From positions 39,061,067 through 39,125,066 of the forward strand of contig JAHRHZ010000263.1 in the NCBI GenBank assembly GCA_024137785.1: 64,000 bases of DNA, in the 5' to 3' direction. Of this stretch, positions 1-13,290 are shown one piece after another; position 1 is the stretch's first letter; every line of letters starts with the position of its first letter. Position numbers and translations under genes: made by a program. Under the pieces are notes generated by a model, which ran no database searches, was not told where the DNA came from, and saw nothing but the letters and a program-made list of their open reading frames with translations. The DNA comes from Ginglymostoma cirratum. Its lineage: Eukaryota.

Positions 1-1639
1 AAACAGTGGTGGGCGCCAGGGTTCCTACGTGCACATTCACTGCTTGTTGTCTTCGCTCAGTCATGTGTTTATTGAAAACCCAGAACTTTTCCTGTTTCCA
101 GTCTTGCTCTGGCAGTGCCCCACAAAGTGCGTGTTGTAATTTGTCACCAGCGAACAGTTTTTCTTGCTGCGTCTGTGTAATGTGAGTGTGTATTTGAAGC
201 ACATGCAATTGATGAGATGGTATCTGAAAGACTAGTGGTGAAAGTTTTGGTATTGTACGATACATTAGCTCATTTTATGATGTTTTGAGATTAAAGGCAG
301 AACTAATGGCTTAGCACATTAGAGCCCTTACTGTATTTTGACATGTATTCCAAAAATTTGTACATTGCAATAACATGTTCACATTTTTCTTTTCTCTCAT
401 AAACAATTAACATCTTTGTATGAATTTAACCTACAAAGCACACGCCACTTTTGATGAGAATTAAAAGTGGATGGAGAGGAGCTTGCTTATTACTTTATTA
501 CAGATGATACTTCTGATCAGATTATTTTCTTGATCTATCTGAAAATAGAAAACAATTAATAAGTACAATATTATACTGTACATTTCAAAGTTAGTAAAAA
601 AATTCCATTGATTATGGAATGCTGAATCTGTAACAATGAAAGTTAATGACCATTTGGGATGAAATTCTTCCATTTTCTGGCATTTTAAATTATGAAAACT
701 GCTTATATGTGCAGTGAAAATAATTTCACTTTTTTGTACAGGATGATTCAATATGCAAAGTTTTTTTTGTCACAAGTAATTTTGATCCACTTATGACTTA
801 TCTGAGGAGTACTGGTGCAATTTAAATTTCCTTCATGCATATACATTTCTCATTTCAGTTGTTTCTTATATCATGGTTAATGGCTTATGTTTTAGAATAC
901 CTAAATATTGCAAACCACTTGCAATAACACCGTCTTTATGCGAAACAAAATACTTCGCAGGAGAACCTAGAAAGATGGGTTCCATCAAACATGTAAAAAT
1001 GCTCAGTTTATATACAGTATATACTTAACCATTACAAAATTAATAAGTGGTCTTGTGCAGGTGAGGTTTTCTCACACAGGACAGGACAGAGGATAGAAAG
1101 AAACAACTGTTAATCTAACTCAGACTAGCAGCTGTATTTGACATTGACAGGTACCTGCCAGCAATGACTTGGTCTCTCAATCCAGGAGCAAAGTGTGACT
1201 GTGACTGAGCTTCAGAACACATAAAAGTGGCGTATTTGAGAACGTCTGAAAGATTTTGAAATTATCTTATAACTAAATTACTATTTTACTCCAAATGTAG
1301 ATTTTCTGCTGTCATTTTGGTTTTTAAATGATTCACATTTTGCTGTTAACAAGATGTTACCCTTTTGTTCGCTTGGGTCAGCTAAACTTTTTGACGTGCA
1401 GCAATAATTCACTGTGCACTTCACCTTATAGGTTTCATTCAGTATGTTTGTCAGGTTTTGGAACTAATGAAGGATATAACAATGTAGATCAGTCACAATT
1501 CTATTGAATGGCATAGCAGGCTTGAGGGACAGAATGGCCTACTCCTTTTCCTATTTCTTATGGTCCTGTATGGTGATTCAGTGTAGAAGATGCAGTTAGC
1601 ATTGATGATGAGCAGAAATTTAATAGATGACATTTTTAT

Positions 1640-1886
1640 GACACCCAAAGGGTTGTGAATCTGTGGAACTCGCTGCCCAGTGAAGCAGTTGAGGTTACCT
1701 CGTTGAATGTTTTAAAGGCAAGGATAGATTTTTGAACGACGAAGGATTTAAGGGTTCTGGTGAGCGGGTAGCTAAGTGGAGCTGAGTCCATGAAAAGATC
1801 AGCCATGATCTTATTGAACGGTGGAGCAGGCTTGAGGGGCCAAGTGGTCTAGTGCCACTACTGTTTATGTTCTTACGTTCTTATGA
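1640..1886 (+). mobile_element. CR1-type LINE 3' end fragment
   Basis: Contains agggttgtgaatctgtggaactc (RVVNLWNSL, C-terminus of CR1 ORF2), a 3' UTR and a (TTCTTATG)-like tail. Same family as 21541-22008 in the opposite orientation. Confidence 0.75.
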
Positions 1887-1949
1887 TTGCACCAATCTTC
1901 ACACTATTCATGACCCCTGAGAAACTGAAGAAATCTATATCCAAAAGCA

Positions 1950-2222
1950 GCAAAAGCTGGATAATATCCAGGTTTGAGCTGACAAATGGCAAGTAACATT
2001 CATGCCACACCATTCTGATGTGGAACTATATTGCTGCTCCTTCACTGTCACTGAGTCAAGATCCTGGAACTCCCTTCCTAATACCACAATTTGCATTCCT
2101 ACACCTCGAGAACTGCAGCGATTCAAGACAGCAGCTCACCATCACCGCCCATAGTGCAATTAGGGATAGGCAATGAATGCTGGCCCAGCCAGAAAGCCCA
2201 CATGTCATGAATGCATAAAAAT
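1950..2222 (+). mobile_element. CR1/L2-group LINE fragment plus 3' tail
   Basis: gacaaatggcaagtaacattcatgccacac is shared with 15230-15260. The 3' tail tagggataggcaatgaatgctggcccagccag...aaaa is shared with 34260-34330, 53165-53235 and 60600-60667. Confidence 0.6.
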
Positions 2223-2448
2223 ATCTGCCATGATGTCTCCCATGTTCAATTAGCCTCCAGACTGATTCTTAAATTAATGCATGAGGTTTAAGTTTCAAAG
2301 TACTGGAGAGTGACCAGTGTTAGTAGAACTGCATCCTCCATTAACTAATGCTGTCAAGCAAGAAAGGTAAAATTTAAGAGAAGGAGAGAAATTAAGGTTG
2401 AACCAATTTTGAGGATTCTGTCATTTAATGATGGGATATATTTATATT

Positions 2449-2478
2449 ATGTGTGTGTGTATATATATATATATATAT
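2449..2478. repeat. (GT)n-(AT)n compound microsatellite
   Basis: Directly visible in the sequence. Confidence 0.9.
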
Positions 2479-2514
2479 CTATAGGTAGATATTTATGTAC
2501 ATATCTTCTCAAAA

Positions 2515-3081
2515 AACATGGCAATATGTAGCGGCAAGCAGGCTCAGCAACGTGGAAATGTGGCGGCAGCATTAGAGGCGAGTTTGGGTTCCAGGCAGCG
2601 TCTGCTTCCAGCATGGATTCCTGGAGGCGGAGGCGAGTTTGGACCCAGTACGAGACCCAGCGACACCAGCAGTGGCTGCATCAGCGAGGTGGGCCCAAAG
2701 TTGACTCATGGCGAATGCAGAGTTGAGTTTTAGACAGTTCAGTACCCAGCAGCATCGGTGGTGTCTGTATTGGTGAGGTCCAGCGAGGGTGTTAGTGGAG
2801 GCTAGATTGTGCCAAAGAGTGGTGACTTTCATTAATGTGGCAGTGGTGTGGCACAGGGGACTCATGCCTGGCTACCAGGCCCATAGCCCATGACAGAGCA
2901 CTTACAAGAAGGACTGGAAAGTTGGACTCTTCCTTTATTTCTTCATTTTTATGCCATTTTATTCAATGTTTTGGCTTATTTTTCTATGTTTTAAGATGGC
3001 ACTGGAGAGTGGCAATGCTATACAATACATTTTACTGCATTTGTTACAAGATACGCCTGACAATAAATAAATCAAATAAAG
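2515..3081 (+). mobile_element. Non-coding retroposon with a Rex1/Babar-like 3' tail
   Basis: GC-rich body ending taagatggcactgg...gtggcaa...actg...tgacaataaataaatcaaataaa. The 3' end resembles the reverse complement of 34381-34470. Family assignment is from memory. Confidence 0.4.
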
Positions 3082-6000
3082 ACGGGGAAAGAATCAAGAG
3101 AGAGGCCTACCAGTGAAAATAACAAAATAAAGTTGATGATATAAATTAGAATGGATTGAGCACCTAATGGCCTCTGGAAATGCGGTGACATAATATTTGA
3201 CAGGGTCTGGACAGGAAACTAAGATTGGGTTAAAAAAATGGACAGAATAGGCAAATCACCAAAGGAAAAGTCAGTAACATATGAAAGATGAGCGATGAAA
3301 AGTTAAGGAAGTTGGGATTTTTTTGGAAAAGGGGCTTTGAAATGAAAACTTCAAGGCTATGAAGGGAACTGACAAATGTCTTTTAGAATGTCTTTTTTTT
3401 ATACTAACAGACAGTGTTTAAAGAAATAAAGTTAAAAGAGCAAAAAGGGAAATTAGATGGATGTTCTGTGGATCAACTTAGCAGGGCAATTCGTTGAAGC
3501 ACGCAGTATAAATTGACTTACGGAATAATTAGGTGTATTTGTAAACAACATAAAGTAATGAGGAACATGACTTCAAAATGGATAAAATTGCCTCTGAAAC
3601 ACAGTCAGGCTTGTTGAGCCATAATGGCTTTTTGCTGTTTCTTAAAATTATTTGTTTCCAAACTAGCATAACATATAATGTGTACTTCATTGTACACAAT
3701 GCAGCTTTCAGAGTTGTGAGCTGGTCGATTGGTCCTAGTTTTGGGAACCATTTCCACCATAATGTTGGCAATCTTTTTTGCTGAAGGAAATGTTTCTGGA
3801 TTATAGAAGTGACAGTCTAGCCTTAGGAATTATTTAACTTTTGACACAGGCCAGAGAGTTGAATGAATTACCAAGATTCTGAAACACCAGGTTTCTGGTT
3901 TTGAAAAATAGCTGGCCTTTCACAGAAATTTTTTCAGGTAATTGCAACTGAGCAGAGAGGATCCTAATTAGGAATGATTTTGGGAAGAGGAACTGCAGAA
4001 TTTAAAAACATTAAAACCAAAGCTGCTGAAGGACGGTGCAAATTTAATTTAACCTCAGTTTAGTTTTTGGTAGCCATGGAGTTTACTCCCCAGATGTTAA
4101 TTGATAGAATCAAAGAGAAAATATTAAAAGCAGCAGCCTTGTATGGAAAATAGACAATGCACACATGTGCGCATCTCTGTTAATGAACGTGCCAAATTTA
4201 ATTGGTCTGTGACTTGTACAGCAGTGAAGCAATGGAGTTTTCAAAAGTAAAAAGATAGTTCATAATATTTTGCCAGCCTGGCCAGACAACATTGTAATAA
4301 TATTTTGATGCAGGTTAAAAAGGTTTTGTAACATTTCTGAGAAGCACACGGTCACTTGGAAAAATATTCAATTATATAAAAGTATTCAAAAGGCATAGAT
4401 CAATTGGGTCCAAAGATTTGTATTCTTTGTTCATCCTTGTGTAACTAAATAACTGCCTGAAACTGTTAATTGGGTCCATCCAGGAACATTTTTGGGAAGA
4501 GCAATTTCATTTATTGAATGTATTCAGATACAAGAAAATAGTAGATCAGGAATTCAATCAACCTGTCAAGTACTGCGTATTTATGGTGGGATTTAATCCA
4601 GGCAGTAGTGGTCTTGATCCCCAGAAGGAGAGCCTGTGTTGCCAAGTATTAGTGACATGCAGCAGCTTTTCCCCAGGAAGCACTAAATGAGCATTTTTTG
4701 GTTACTGGGCAGGAAGACCAAAGACTGAGCTTAATTGGGACAGAAGCAGGACAGTGGTAGTATTCCCACCCAACAAATTCCTACCTGAACAAATGCCCTT
4801 CCAATCTCCACTTTGAGTGAGGGCATTAAACTCCACCCATAGCTTACATTTAAAAAGAAAATAGCAAGTAGAGACCAATATATGAAGGATCTTGAACTTG
4901 AAGCTCCTGTACTCTGCATCAATTTACATCTGCCATCTGGCAGATCAGTATGATGAGTTTTAATCTAGATGCTGATAGAAAGTGAATAGAGACCAGCTAC
5001 TTTGTTGGGGTGAATGAATAAACGTGGGAAATTTATTGGTAAGACAGCACAGGCATCTTTGACCACCTTGGTTCAGTCTAGGCAAAACATCTACAGCCAG
5101 TTTATTTCTGATCCTCTTGTTTTGGGACAGAGAAGAAGAAAATTTTCAAAATATATTTGATGGGATGGGGGAGGAGAACAAAGGTCATTTTTCATGTGAC
5201 TGTAGCTCTCTTTAAACGACTTACCTTAATTGCCGTTTAGTCTCTGTTGGCTTTGAGGCCATTCTCAGTTAATGAGATTCATTATTAATCAAAGAAATAA
5301 TAAACACAGGGACAGATTTGAAGAGGAAGTGTTATGCTTGCCCACTTCATCATGATGTGACATCTGCATTGGCCTGGATTTGGCGGCCTACAGTGAAGCA
5401 ATGGGGTTCCCTGTAATCTTGAAAAACGCTGCCCACAATATATCCAACCAGCTTTGTGATGTGAGTTGCCCTTTCCTGACAGTAGTTTAAATCTCATGCC
5501 ATGTTAAGGGGAGCTCCGGGCAGGCAGCAATAGTGAATGACAGTGTGTCTATCAACAACCAATTGTATCGAATTATTCAACGCTGAAAACCTAGAAGTAA
5601 CAAGCACTTAACATTCTTCACCTTTAATTTAGATTTTCAGATAACAATGTAGATTATGATTGGATTAAGATCAAAGCTTAAACAAATCTGTAATGTTTTT
5701 GCATTAAGTGGCTTTCTTTTATTACGGGGAAATTTGACGGCAATTCCAACAAAACAGATTTTTGCTTCTCAAGGCCACTTAAGTTTATATTGGCAACTAT
5801 GAAGTTAGTTCATTCAACAAGGTGCCACTTCTTAAAGGATCTTGCAGTGAGACCAGCAGCTTAAAAGTGGGAGTTCCTGTCAGTTGAATTGATTTCCCAC
5901 TGTTTGCAGTCTGGGTCACGGTGACTCAACAGCATATTCTCTTGAGGAATTTTAAATGCTTTTGTGTTTTTTTTGAAACCATTGCCTTCTATTTGGATTT

Positions 6001-6156
6001 GTCAGGGGGAGTTAGTCAGCGTTCTTCAATTGACAATGGAAACTCTGGAGCAGGCTTTCCATCAGAGCCTTGTACCACGTGGCTTTGATGTTACGGGGTT
6101 GTGCCCTTTGTTTGTTGGCATTTTTCACATGGTCAGTAAAACATAAAAGTCAGGAA

Positions 6157-6494
6157 GAATCATTATAGTGTGGAAACAGGCCACTGAATCCACACTGACC
6201 CTTCGAAGAGCATCCAACCCGGACCCAAGCCCCTACCCTATAACACCAGGCTCCCCATGGTTAATTCACCCAGTCTGCACATTTCTGCACACTACAGGCA
6301 ATTTACCATGACCAATCAATCTTGTCTGCACATCTTTGGACTGTGGGAGGAATCTGGAGCACCTGGAGGATACTCACGCAGATATGGGGAGATTATGCAA
6401 ATTCCACACAGACGGTCACCCGAGGGTGGAATCAAACCCAGGTCCCTGGCACTGTGAGGCAGCAGTGCTAACCACTGAGCCACAGTGACACCCC
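6157..6494 (-). mobile_element. HE1-type V-SINE (tRNA-derived)
   Basis: The reverse complement shows a tRNA-like head with A/B boxes (gtggctcagtggttagcactgctgcctcacagtgccagggacctgggtttgattcc), the V-domain core and a CR1-like tail. Five similar copies occur in the window. Confidence 0.85.
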
Positions 6495-6810
6495 TAAGTC
6501 ACTATGCCAGAAGCAACTTCTGTCATTCAGTATTCTTTTGTGGGATCAGCATTAAATTGTTGCCTAAAAGTGTAAATGCTTCTTTTCAGAGATTTATTTC
6601 CAATCTAGAGTTTCATTTCTCCTTAACTGCACAGTGAAACTCTGTTAGCAGTTGGCTCAGATATCCACTCACTATTTTGAACTAAGACCTACATAACTGT
6701 AAATTATGTCCTTGGCTCATTCCTTAAGATGAGCTGAACTATTTCATTTCAACTGGGCAGCAGTAAGGGCAATTAAAGCTGCCCTCATTAGTTAAACCAG
6801 ACCATGGTCA

Positions 6811-7249
6811 TGAGATAAAAGGTACTGCAGATGCTGGAGAATCCGAGATAACAAGCTTGGGGTTGGATGAACACAGCAGGTCAAGCAGCATCATAGGAGC
6901 AGGAAAACTTGACGTTTCGGGCCTAGACCCTTCATCAGAAATGGGGGAAGGGAAGAGGGTTCTGAAATAAATAGGGAGAGAGGGGGAGGCGGATAGAGGA
7001 TGGATAGAGGAGAGGATAGGTGGAGAGGAGGCAGACAAGTCGAAGAGGCGGGGATGGAGCCAGTAAAGGTGAGTGTAGGTAGGGGGGTAGGGAGGAGATA
7101 GGTCAGTCCAGGGAGGACGGACAGGTCAAGGGGGCAGGATGATGTTGGTAGATAGGAGATGGGGGTGGGGCTTGAGGTGGGAGGAGGGGATAGGTGAGAG
7201 GAAAAACAGGTTAGGGAGGTGGAGATGAGCTGGGCTGGTTTTGGGATGC
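6811..7249 (-). mobile_element. Penelope-like element 3' end (pLTR region), young copy
   Basis: Near-identical reverse complement of about 37770-38175; even the spurious ORF translations match. Carries a hammerhead motif. Confidence 0.9.
6908..6941 (-). ncRNA. Minimal hammerhead ribozyme motif (Penelope-associated)
   Basis: Minus strand reads TTT-CTGATGA-A-GGGTC(TA)GGCCC-GAAA-CG-TC-AAG: intact core, stem II and GUC cleavage triplet. Confidence 0.75.
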
Positions 7250-7842
7250 CCTGATTATTACTCCTTAACCTGTGTTAGAGGTTTTAATGGCAAAAAAGTT
7301 AGGCTCAGCCTGCTGGAATAGCCTGTGATGCTATAAGTCCAGAGATGCTAATGAATAATAGATTTTGGAAGCTGCTGGATAGCATTGAAGTTACTCAAGG
7401 ATTCCTTGAACTTCTTGTAGATATGAAGAATTTCATTTTCACATTTTTATTTTTATGTTTGAATTTTCTGATAGATTTGTGACTTCAATGACTGCAGTAA
7501 CATAAACATCTTCTTTCCTGGACATCTGCTCATGTCCCTTTGATATGTAATAGTGAGTCTGTTTCTTTTATATGTTTTATAGCAATGTTTACTTGCTGTT
7601 ACTGTAACCGGCCTTTGCTAATGCACAAATCCAAGGATAAAATATTTTCCTACCTGTGTTGAATGGCCAGAAAAGGGGAATGGAGTTTGAAGAAAAGTAA
7701 CTGAGGCCAGATGAATATTTACTCTGAAAATTGTAATGGGAAAAGGCATAGGGCATTCTGGAAAGACGAGAGTAAATGGGGGAAATGACTTTTACCCGCA
7801 CTGATTTTATGGCAATGCTTATTACCTTAGAATGTTTCTAGG

Positions 7843-8122
7843 AAAGCAGGGACCTAGTATAGTCACTTGACTATTAATCCAGAAACTCAGGTAATTGTCT
7901 GGGAACTCAAGTTCAAATCCTACCATGGCAGATGACAAAGTTTGATTCAATAAGAATCTGGAATTCAGGGTCTAAAAAAGACCATATCTATGATGGTTTT
8001 TCACAACAAAAGGAAACTCCTGTCCTCACGTGGTCTGGCCTACATTACTGTGGGTCGGGAGAGTCAAGTGGTAAACTCTGCCCTCTGGGCAATTAGGGAT
8101 GGGCAATAAATGCTGACCTTTA
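7843..8122 (+). mobile_element. Degraded SacSINE1-like (Deu-domain) SINE
   Basis: Collinear with the better copies at 33979-34330 and 52865-53235. Confidence 0.6.
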
Positions 8123-8844
8123 AAAAACTTATGTAAGTTGATGCTGAAACATTATAGTTTTAGCCAGTTCCGATTCAGTTACATTTCCAAGGTTTTTTGA
8201 GGACTATTTTTAATTTTGCTGCCTTTTGGAAGTAAGACAATTGCGAGTCAAGATGATGAAGACTACTGTTGCTAAGAAAATTTTCAAATCCAAATAAGGA
8301 CGCGTCAAACCAATAACAGGCTCATTGCAAACTGCTTTGATACTAAATGCTAACATATCCGAGAGGAGCATTTTAGGGAATAATGAGACAAATGTTTTGG
8401 CTGAGCTGTGTTTAGTTAGCAACCCACGCTTGTGTGCAGAATTCAAAGTAACACAAACAATAACATGAATACTTTTCACAACCACAGTGTTTAATTTCAA
8501 ATAAAACTGCCTTCCCTTTCAAGGAAGTATTGATGAATAAAAGGAAAAGCTATATTTTTTCGCAAAGTGCTCCTCCAAATGCAATTATTACACTGTATAC
8601 TGCCATATGAGGGGATTCTCTTCCTCACACACCAATAAAAAACAATTCTTGCTGCGTACGTGAGTATGTCGGATACAACACTGAGGAGATAATTGGGAGG
8701 TTGTACTATCATAGGTAGGGTTAGAAACAGAAGTCTTGTTTAATTCACACAGGGACACACATCATGTTCAAAGCCCTTCTTAATTACTATTGACAACTGA
8801 GTGATTTGCTAGGCCATTTCAGAGGGAAGTTAAGTTTGTTGTGG

Positions 8845-9055
8845 AGAGATAGTAGGAACTGCAGATGCTGGAGAATCTGAGATAACTAGGTGTAGAGCTG
8901 GATGAACACAACAGGCCAAGCAGCCTGCTGAAGAAGGGTCTAGGCCCGAAACGTCAGCTTTCCTGCTGCTCTTATGCTGCTTGGCCTGCTGTGTTCATCC
9001 AGCCCCACACCTTGTTATCTCGGATTCTCCAGCATCTGCAGTACCTTTTATCTCT
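8845..9055. mobile_element. Palindromic Penelope-derived short element (head-to-head 3' ends) with a hammerhead core at 8928-8955
   Basis: Arms 8845-8923 and 8976-9055 are inverted copies. The centre reads CTGAAGAAGGGTCTAGGCCCGAAACGTC. Confidence 0.85.
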
Positions 9056-10251
9056 ATTTTTATTAGGTGATCATAGGAATTAATTGGTGCAAGACTAATT
9101 TGCATTCCTTCACTGATCTTCCAGCGCTAACATTTTTTTGGTTCCTGTTCCACCTGCTTCAACACCGGCAACCTCCTTCAACTCTCACTCAATAACTTGG
9201 ACCTGTTGCCTCCCTGGTGGATTTCAAAAGACTCTTCCCTCATTCTGTTCACTTTTTGCCCCCGATGCAACGCCTACCAATCATATACTGGCATGCCAAG
9301 CGTCTTTGATTAACTTTCTGCACATGAGAACAAGTGATAAAAATATATTTTCTTGCCTATAGCAAGTGACTATTTCCTTCAAAGGTTTTTGAGCTAAACA
9401 GAGGAGAAAAAAAACTAAGAACTCAATTCGTGGCTTTAATTTTGCTTTCACTTGTGGCATCTTTCAAGGACACCCCTAGAAACTACTCCAAAAGCACCAT
9501 TGGCTGGAGCTCAGAGTCAAAGGTACTTGTTCTATTTCTGGAAGGTCAAAACCTGTCCCTTTGTACAAAAATATCCACAAGTCATTTAACCTGTCAACAC
9601 TGTGTTGTAGTTTTTTCTAATTACGTGTGGTTTCTTTAGCTGTCTTGTACAAGTAAAGCAAATATAATAGTGCAGAAAAACTGTTGTAGTAGATAGGGAA
9701 CGAAATCAGAACGCCAAGCAATTGTGGTAACTATCATAAATTATTTCCAAATATTTACTAATTGATCTGGAGAAATTGGCCTTTCAATGTGGCTTTGATC
9801 CCTTTGTTTATTTGAATGCCTTATCAAGACTTGTTTTGATATGTAATTTAATCCTTCTGTATCTGTCACTGTCTTCTTCCAGCAACTACTGCTACATTCG
9901 AAATTTATGTTTTACCCAGAGTAGCCACTTTATTTTCCATGTCATTCTGTAGTTAAAAGTAAGCCTTGAACCATTTCCGGCACATATACTGATGTGGTTT
10001 TGAAAGAAAACCTTGGCTTGAATTAATATCGTAAAACGGCTGATCCTTATAGCAAATTGTAGCAATAGTATAGATTTTTTGTTTACATTTTTTGAAACAG
10101 ATAAACCCAAGACTTCATATCTTGACTTGGTACCATCAATGCATATAATTTAAGTCAAAATTACTGCCATTAAACTCCTAAAAATTTTAATTCACCTTGG
10201 TTATCTCTTCTGTTGGACTATCAGTGATACGCAGCAAAAGAAATTGACATA

Positions 10252-11138
10252 GCAATCTGACCCCACCACCAAAGACATTTTTCCCTCCCCACTTTTGTCT
10301 GCTTTCCAGAGGGACCACTCTCTCCGTGACTCCCTTGTCCACTCCACACTCCTCTCCAGCCCCACCACACCCAGCACTTTTCCCTGCAACCGCAGGAAGT
10401 GCTACACCTGCCCCTACACTTCCCCCCTCAACCCCATCCCAGGCCCTAAGAAGACCTTCCACATCAGGCAGATGTTCACCTGCACATCTGCTAATGTGGT
10501 ATACTGTATCCGCTGTTCCCGTTGTGGCCTCCTCTACATCGGGAAAACCAAGCAGAGGCTTGGGGACCACTTTGCCGAACACCTATGCTCGGTTCGCAAC
10601 AAACAACTACATATCCCAGTCGCAAACCATTTCAACTCCCCCTCCCACTCCTTGGATGACATGTCCATCCTGGGCCTCTTGCATTGCCACAATGATGCCA
10701 CCCGAAAGCTGCAGGAACAGCATTTCATATTTCGCTTGGGAACCCTGCAGCCCAAGGGTATCAATGTGGACTTCACAAGCTTTAAAATCTCCCCTCCCCC
10801 AACCGCATCCCAAAACCAGCCCAACTCGTCCCTGCCTCCCTAACCATTCCTCCCACCTCAAGCCCCACCCCCATCTCCTACCCACTAACCTCATCCTGCC
10901 TCCTTGACCTGTCCGTCCTCCCTGGGCCGACCTACCCCCTCCCTAACTCTCCACCTACATACACCTTTACTGGCTCCAACCCCGCCTCTTTGACCTGTCT
11001 GTCCCCTCTCCACCTATCTGCTCCTTTATCCATCTTCTATCCACCTCCCCCTCTCTCCCTATTTATTTCAGAATCCCCTTCCCCTCCCCCATTTCTGAAG
11101 AAGGGTCCCGACCCGAAACGTCAGCTTTCCTTCTCCTC
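10252..11138 (+). mobile_element. 5'-truncated Penelope-like element (linker + GIY-YIG endonuclease + 3' region)
   Basis: ORF 10295-10843 contains CNRRKCYTC and VVYCIRCSRCGLLYIGKTKQRLGDHFAEH. Flanked by TGACATA at 10245-10251 and 11139-11145 (possible TSD). Confidence 0.9.
11092..11125 (+). ncRNA. Minimal hammerhead ribozyme motif
   Basis: TTT-CTGAAGA-A-GGGTC(CC)GACCC-GAAA-CG-TC-AGC, with a perfect stem II. Confidence 0.7.
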
Positions 11139-11684
11139 TGACATATTTTCCACCTGTCTGCCTGGTACTTATTTCAGACTTGATTGTAATGAGATACTGG
11201 GACTAATGATGTCTGTCCAGGCCCCTGAGGAAGTGGTGTGAATTTCTTGAATTTCTACAGATAAGATATATCTTTGAATTCCAACATTCACGATATTTTA
11301 TTTCTTTGTGATGAAAAGTGTGTAAAGTAAGTAATGAACTACTTTATCTGTTTCCTGACACCACGCACTGATGATGATTTCCCATTCTGTATGCACACAA
11401 TATTAAGCCGAATTAAAATAAAATTACCTTAAAATCACATTATTTAGCAGTTCATTTCTGCTACCAGATATGTTTTGTTTATTAACATTGCACATTTAAT
11501 TGCATTTTGTAAATATTTATTACTCAATTTATGAGGTATTGCTGCTAATGCACATTTTTTCTGGTGTCAGCAAATGCAGCCCATTTTAAGTACTTCCTCA
11601 ATGATTGTGCTATATTTACATAGCAGTATTTGCACTCTTCAAAAGTGTTAGGTAAATTGCTTTTGCAGCATTTCAGCATGAATA

Positions 11685-11978
11685 GACTGCCTACAGTGTG
11701 GAAACAGGCCCTTTGGTCCAACAAGTCCATACTGATACATCCCCCATAACCCACCTAATCTACAAACCCTGAACACTACAGGCAATTTAGCATGGCCAAT
11801 CCAGCTAACTGGCACATCTTTGGATTGTGGGAGGAGATGGGAGCACCTGGAGGAAACCCATGCAGACATGGGGAGAATGTGCAAACTCCACACAGACAGT
11901 CACCTGAGGGTGGAATTGAACCTAGGTCCCTGGGGCTGTGAGACAGCAGTGCTAACCACTGAGCCGCTGTGCCACCCC
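11685..11978 (-). mobile_element. HE1-type V-SINE
   Basis: Same head, core and tail as 6157-6494. Confidence 0.85.
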
Positions 11979-12225
11979 TATGTGGTAGACTGTTCTGGAA
12001 TAGTGTTCTATGTCCGTCCTGCTACAGGTCTCTGTGTGTATGTGCGTGTGTCTGCCATATTTTCTTCTCTCTTCATTTGTCTCTGTCCATCTCCCTCTTT
12101 TTTCCTTTCATTTCAGCTGAGTGTACCTCTCTCTCTCTCTGTCTCTCATTCCAACATGGGTTCCCTCTCCATCCTCCTCCTGGCAGTGACTCTTTCTTAC
12201 ATTGTCTGACATTAGCTGACATGGT

Positions 12226-12431
12226 ATGGAGGTGCTGGTGTTGGACTGGGGTGGGCAAGGTCAGAAGTCACATGACACCAGGTTATAGTCCAACAGGTTT
12301 ATTTGAAATCACAAGCTTTTGGAGCGCTGCTGAAGGACTTCACCTGATGAAGGAGCAGCGCTTAGAAAGCTTGTGATTTCAAATAAACATGTTGGACTAT
12401 AACCTGATGTTGTGTGACTTCTGAATTTGTC
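12226..12431. mobile_element. Palindromic Penelope-derived element of a second family, hammerhead motif at 12340-12376
   Basis: 12261-12331 is the inverted copy of about 12354-12424. The centre reads TCAC-CTGATGA-A-GGAGC(AGC)GCTTA-GAAA-GC-TT-GTGA; stem II is damaged in the right arm but its partner GGAGC survives in the left arm. Confidence 0.75.
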
Positions 12432-13187
12432 TCTCATAACCTGGCACCTTCTGTTGCACCACACATCCTCTGTCCCTTTGTGAGGTTAACAGCTTTGTAC
12501 ATGTTGGTGTCTACCAAGGACAATTTTGCCTGCCCCTTTGAAGATTCTGGCCTGTTCTTCCACAGCACCAAGCCATGACGTACATATGTTTACTTTCTTC
12601 CTAAGTTATTCCACTCAACTCCTTGTCAGGTAGTAATAGTGTTCTGGTCTCCAAATAATAGGTCTATAATAAGTGATGTCGCTCAAAATATCTTTGTATT
12701 TTCTTTACTGCATTACCCTTCCCCCACACCCTTGTCTCCCAACAGCACCAATCCATGTTCTTCGCTATTGAAAGTAGTCAGGCGTACAAAGGTACTATTC
12801 TACAGAAGACAATGTATTTATTCAGATAGATTCTTTGAATCTGCTTTTAGCTCTGTGCAAGTAAATGAATTTTGAGTCATTAAAATCTCACCCCAATGTG
12901 GGTGAATCCAATGAATGATGCCAATACATGCTAGTGGAGTAGCCAGCTTTGTGATCTTGCAACTAGGATTAATTGTGCCTTCATTTAATATTCGCAGTTC
13001 TACTACAAAGTGATTAGAAATGGGAATCTTTTTGTGGATTGTTGACCCCGTATAGCCAAGGAGCCTAGTGCAGCATTTCTGTCTGGATCAGTAAAGTTGG
13101 TGCTGACTAATGTTTCTACAGAAAAATTCGGACTGTCTTCCAAAAGCTATTCATGCAATTAAACAATCAGGACGGTTTCCAATACTG

Positions 13188-13290
13188 ACGTAACAAGGTG
13201 TAGAGCTGGATGAACACAGCAGGCCAAGCAGCGTCAGAGGAGCAGGAAAGCTGACGTTTCGGGCCTAGACCCTTCTTCAGAAAAAAAAAA
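13188..13290 (-). mobile_element. Short Penelope 3' fragment starting at the hammerhead, with TSD
   Basis: TSD TTCCAATACTG at 13177-13187 and 13291-13301. Minus-strand hammerhead at 13250-13283 with an intact core. A10 run at 13281-13290. Confidence 0.85.

Noticed and set aside
20-70. TACGTG (HRE-like) and other short motifs in a CpG-retaining patch
   Set aside because: Short motifs occur by chance, and no conservation or chromatin data are available.
3100-4500. Purine-rich stretch reminiscent of a decayed LINE ORF1/ORF2
   Set aside because: No motif could be read with confidence.
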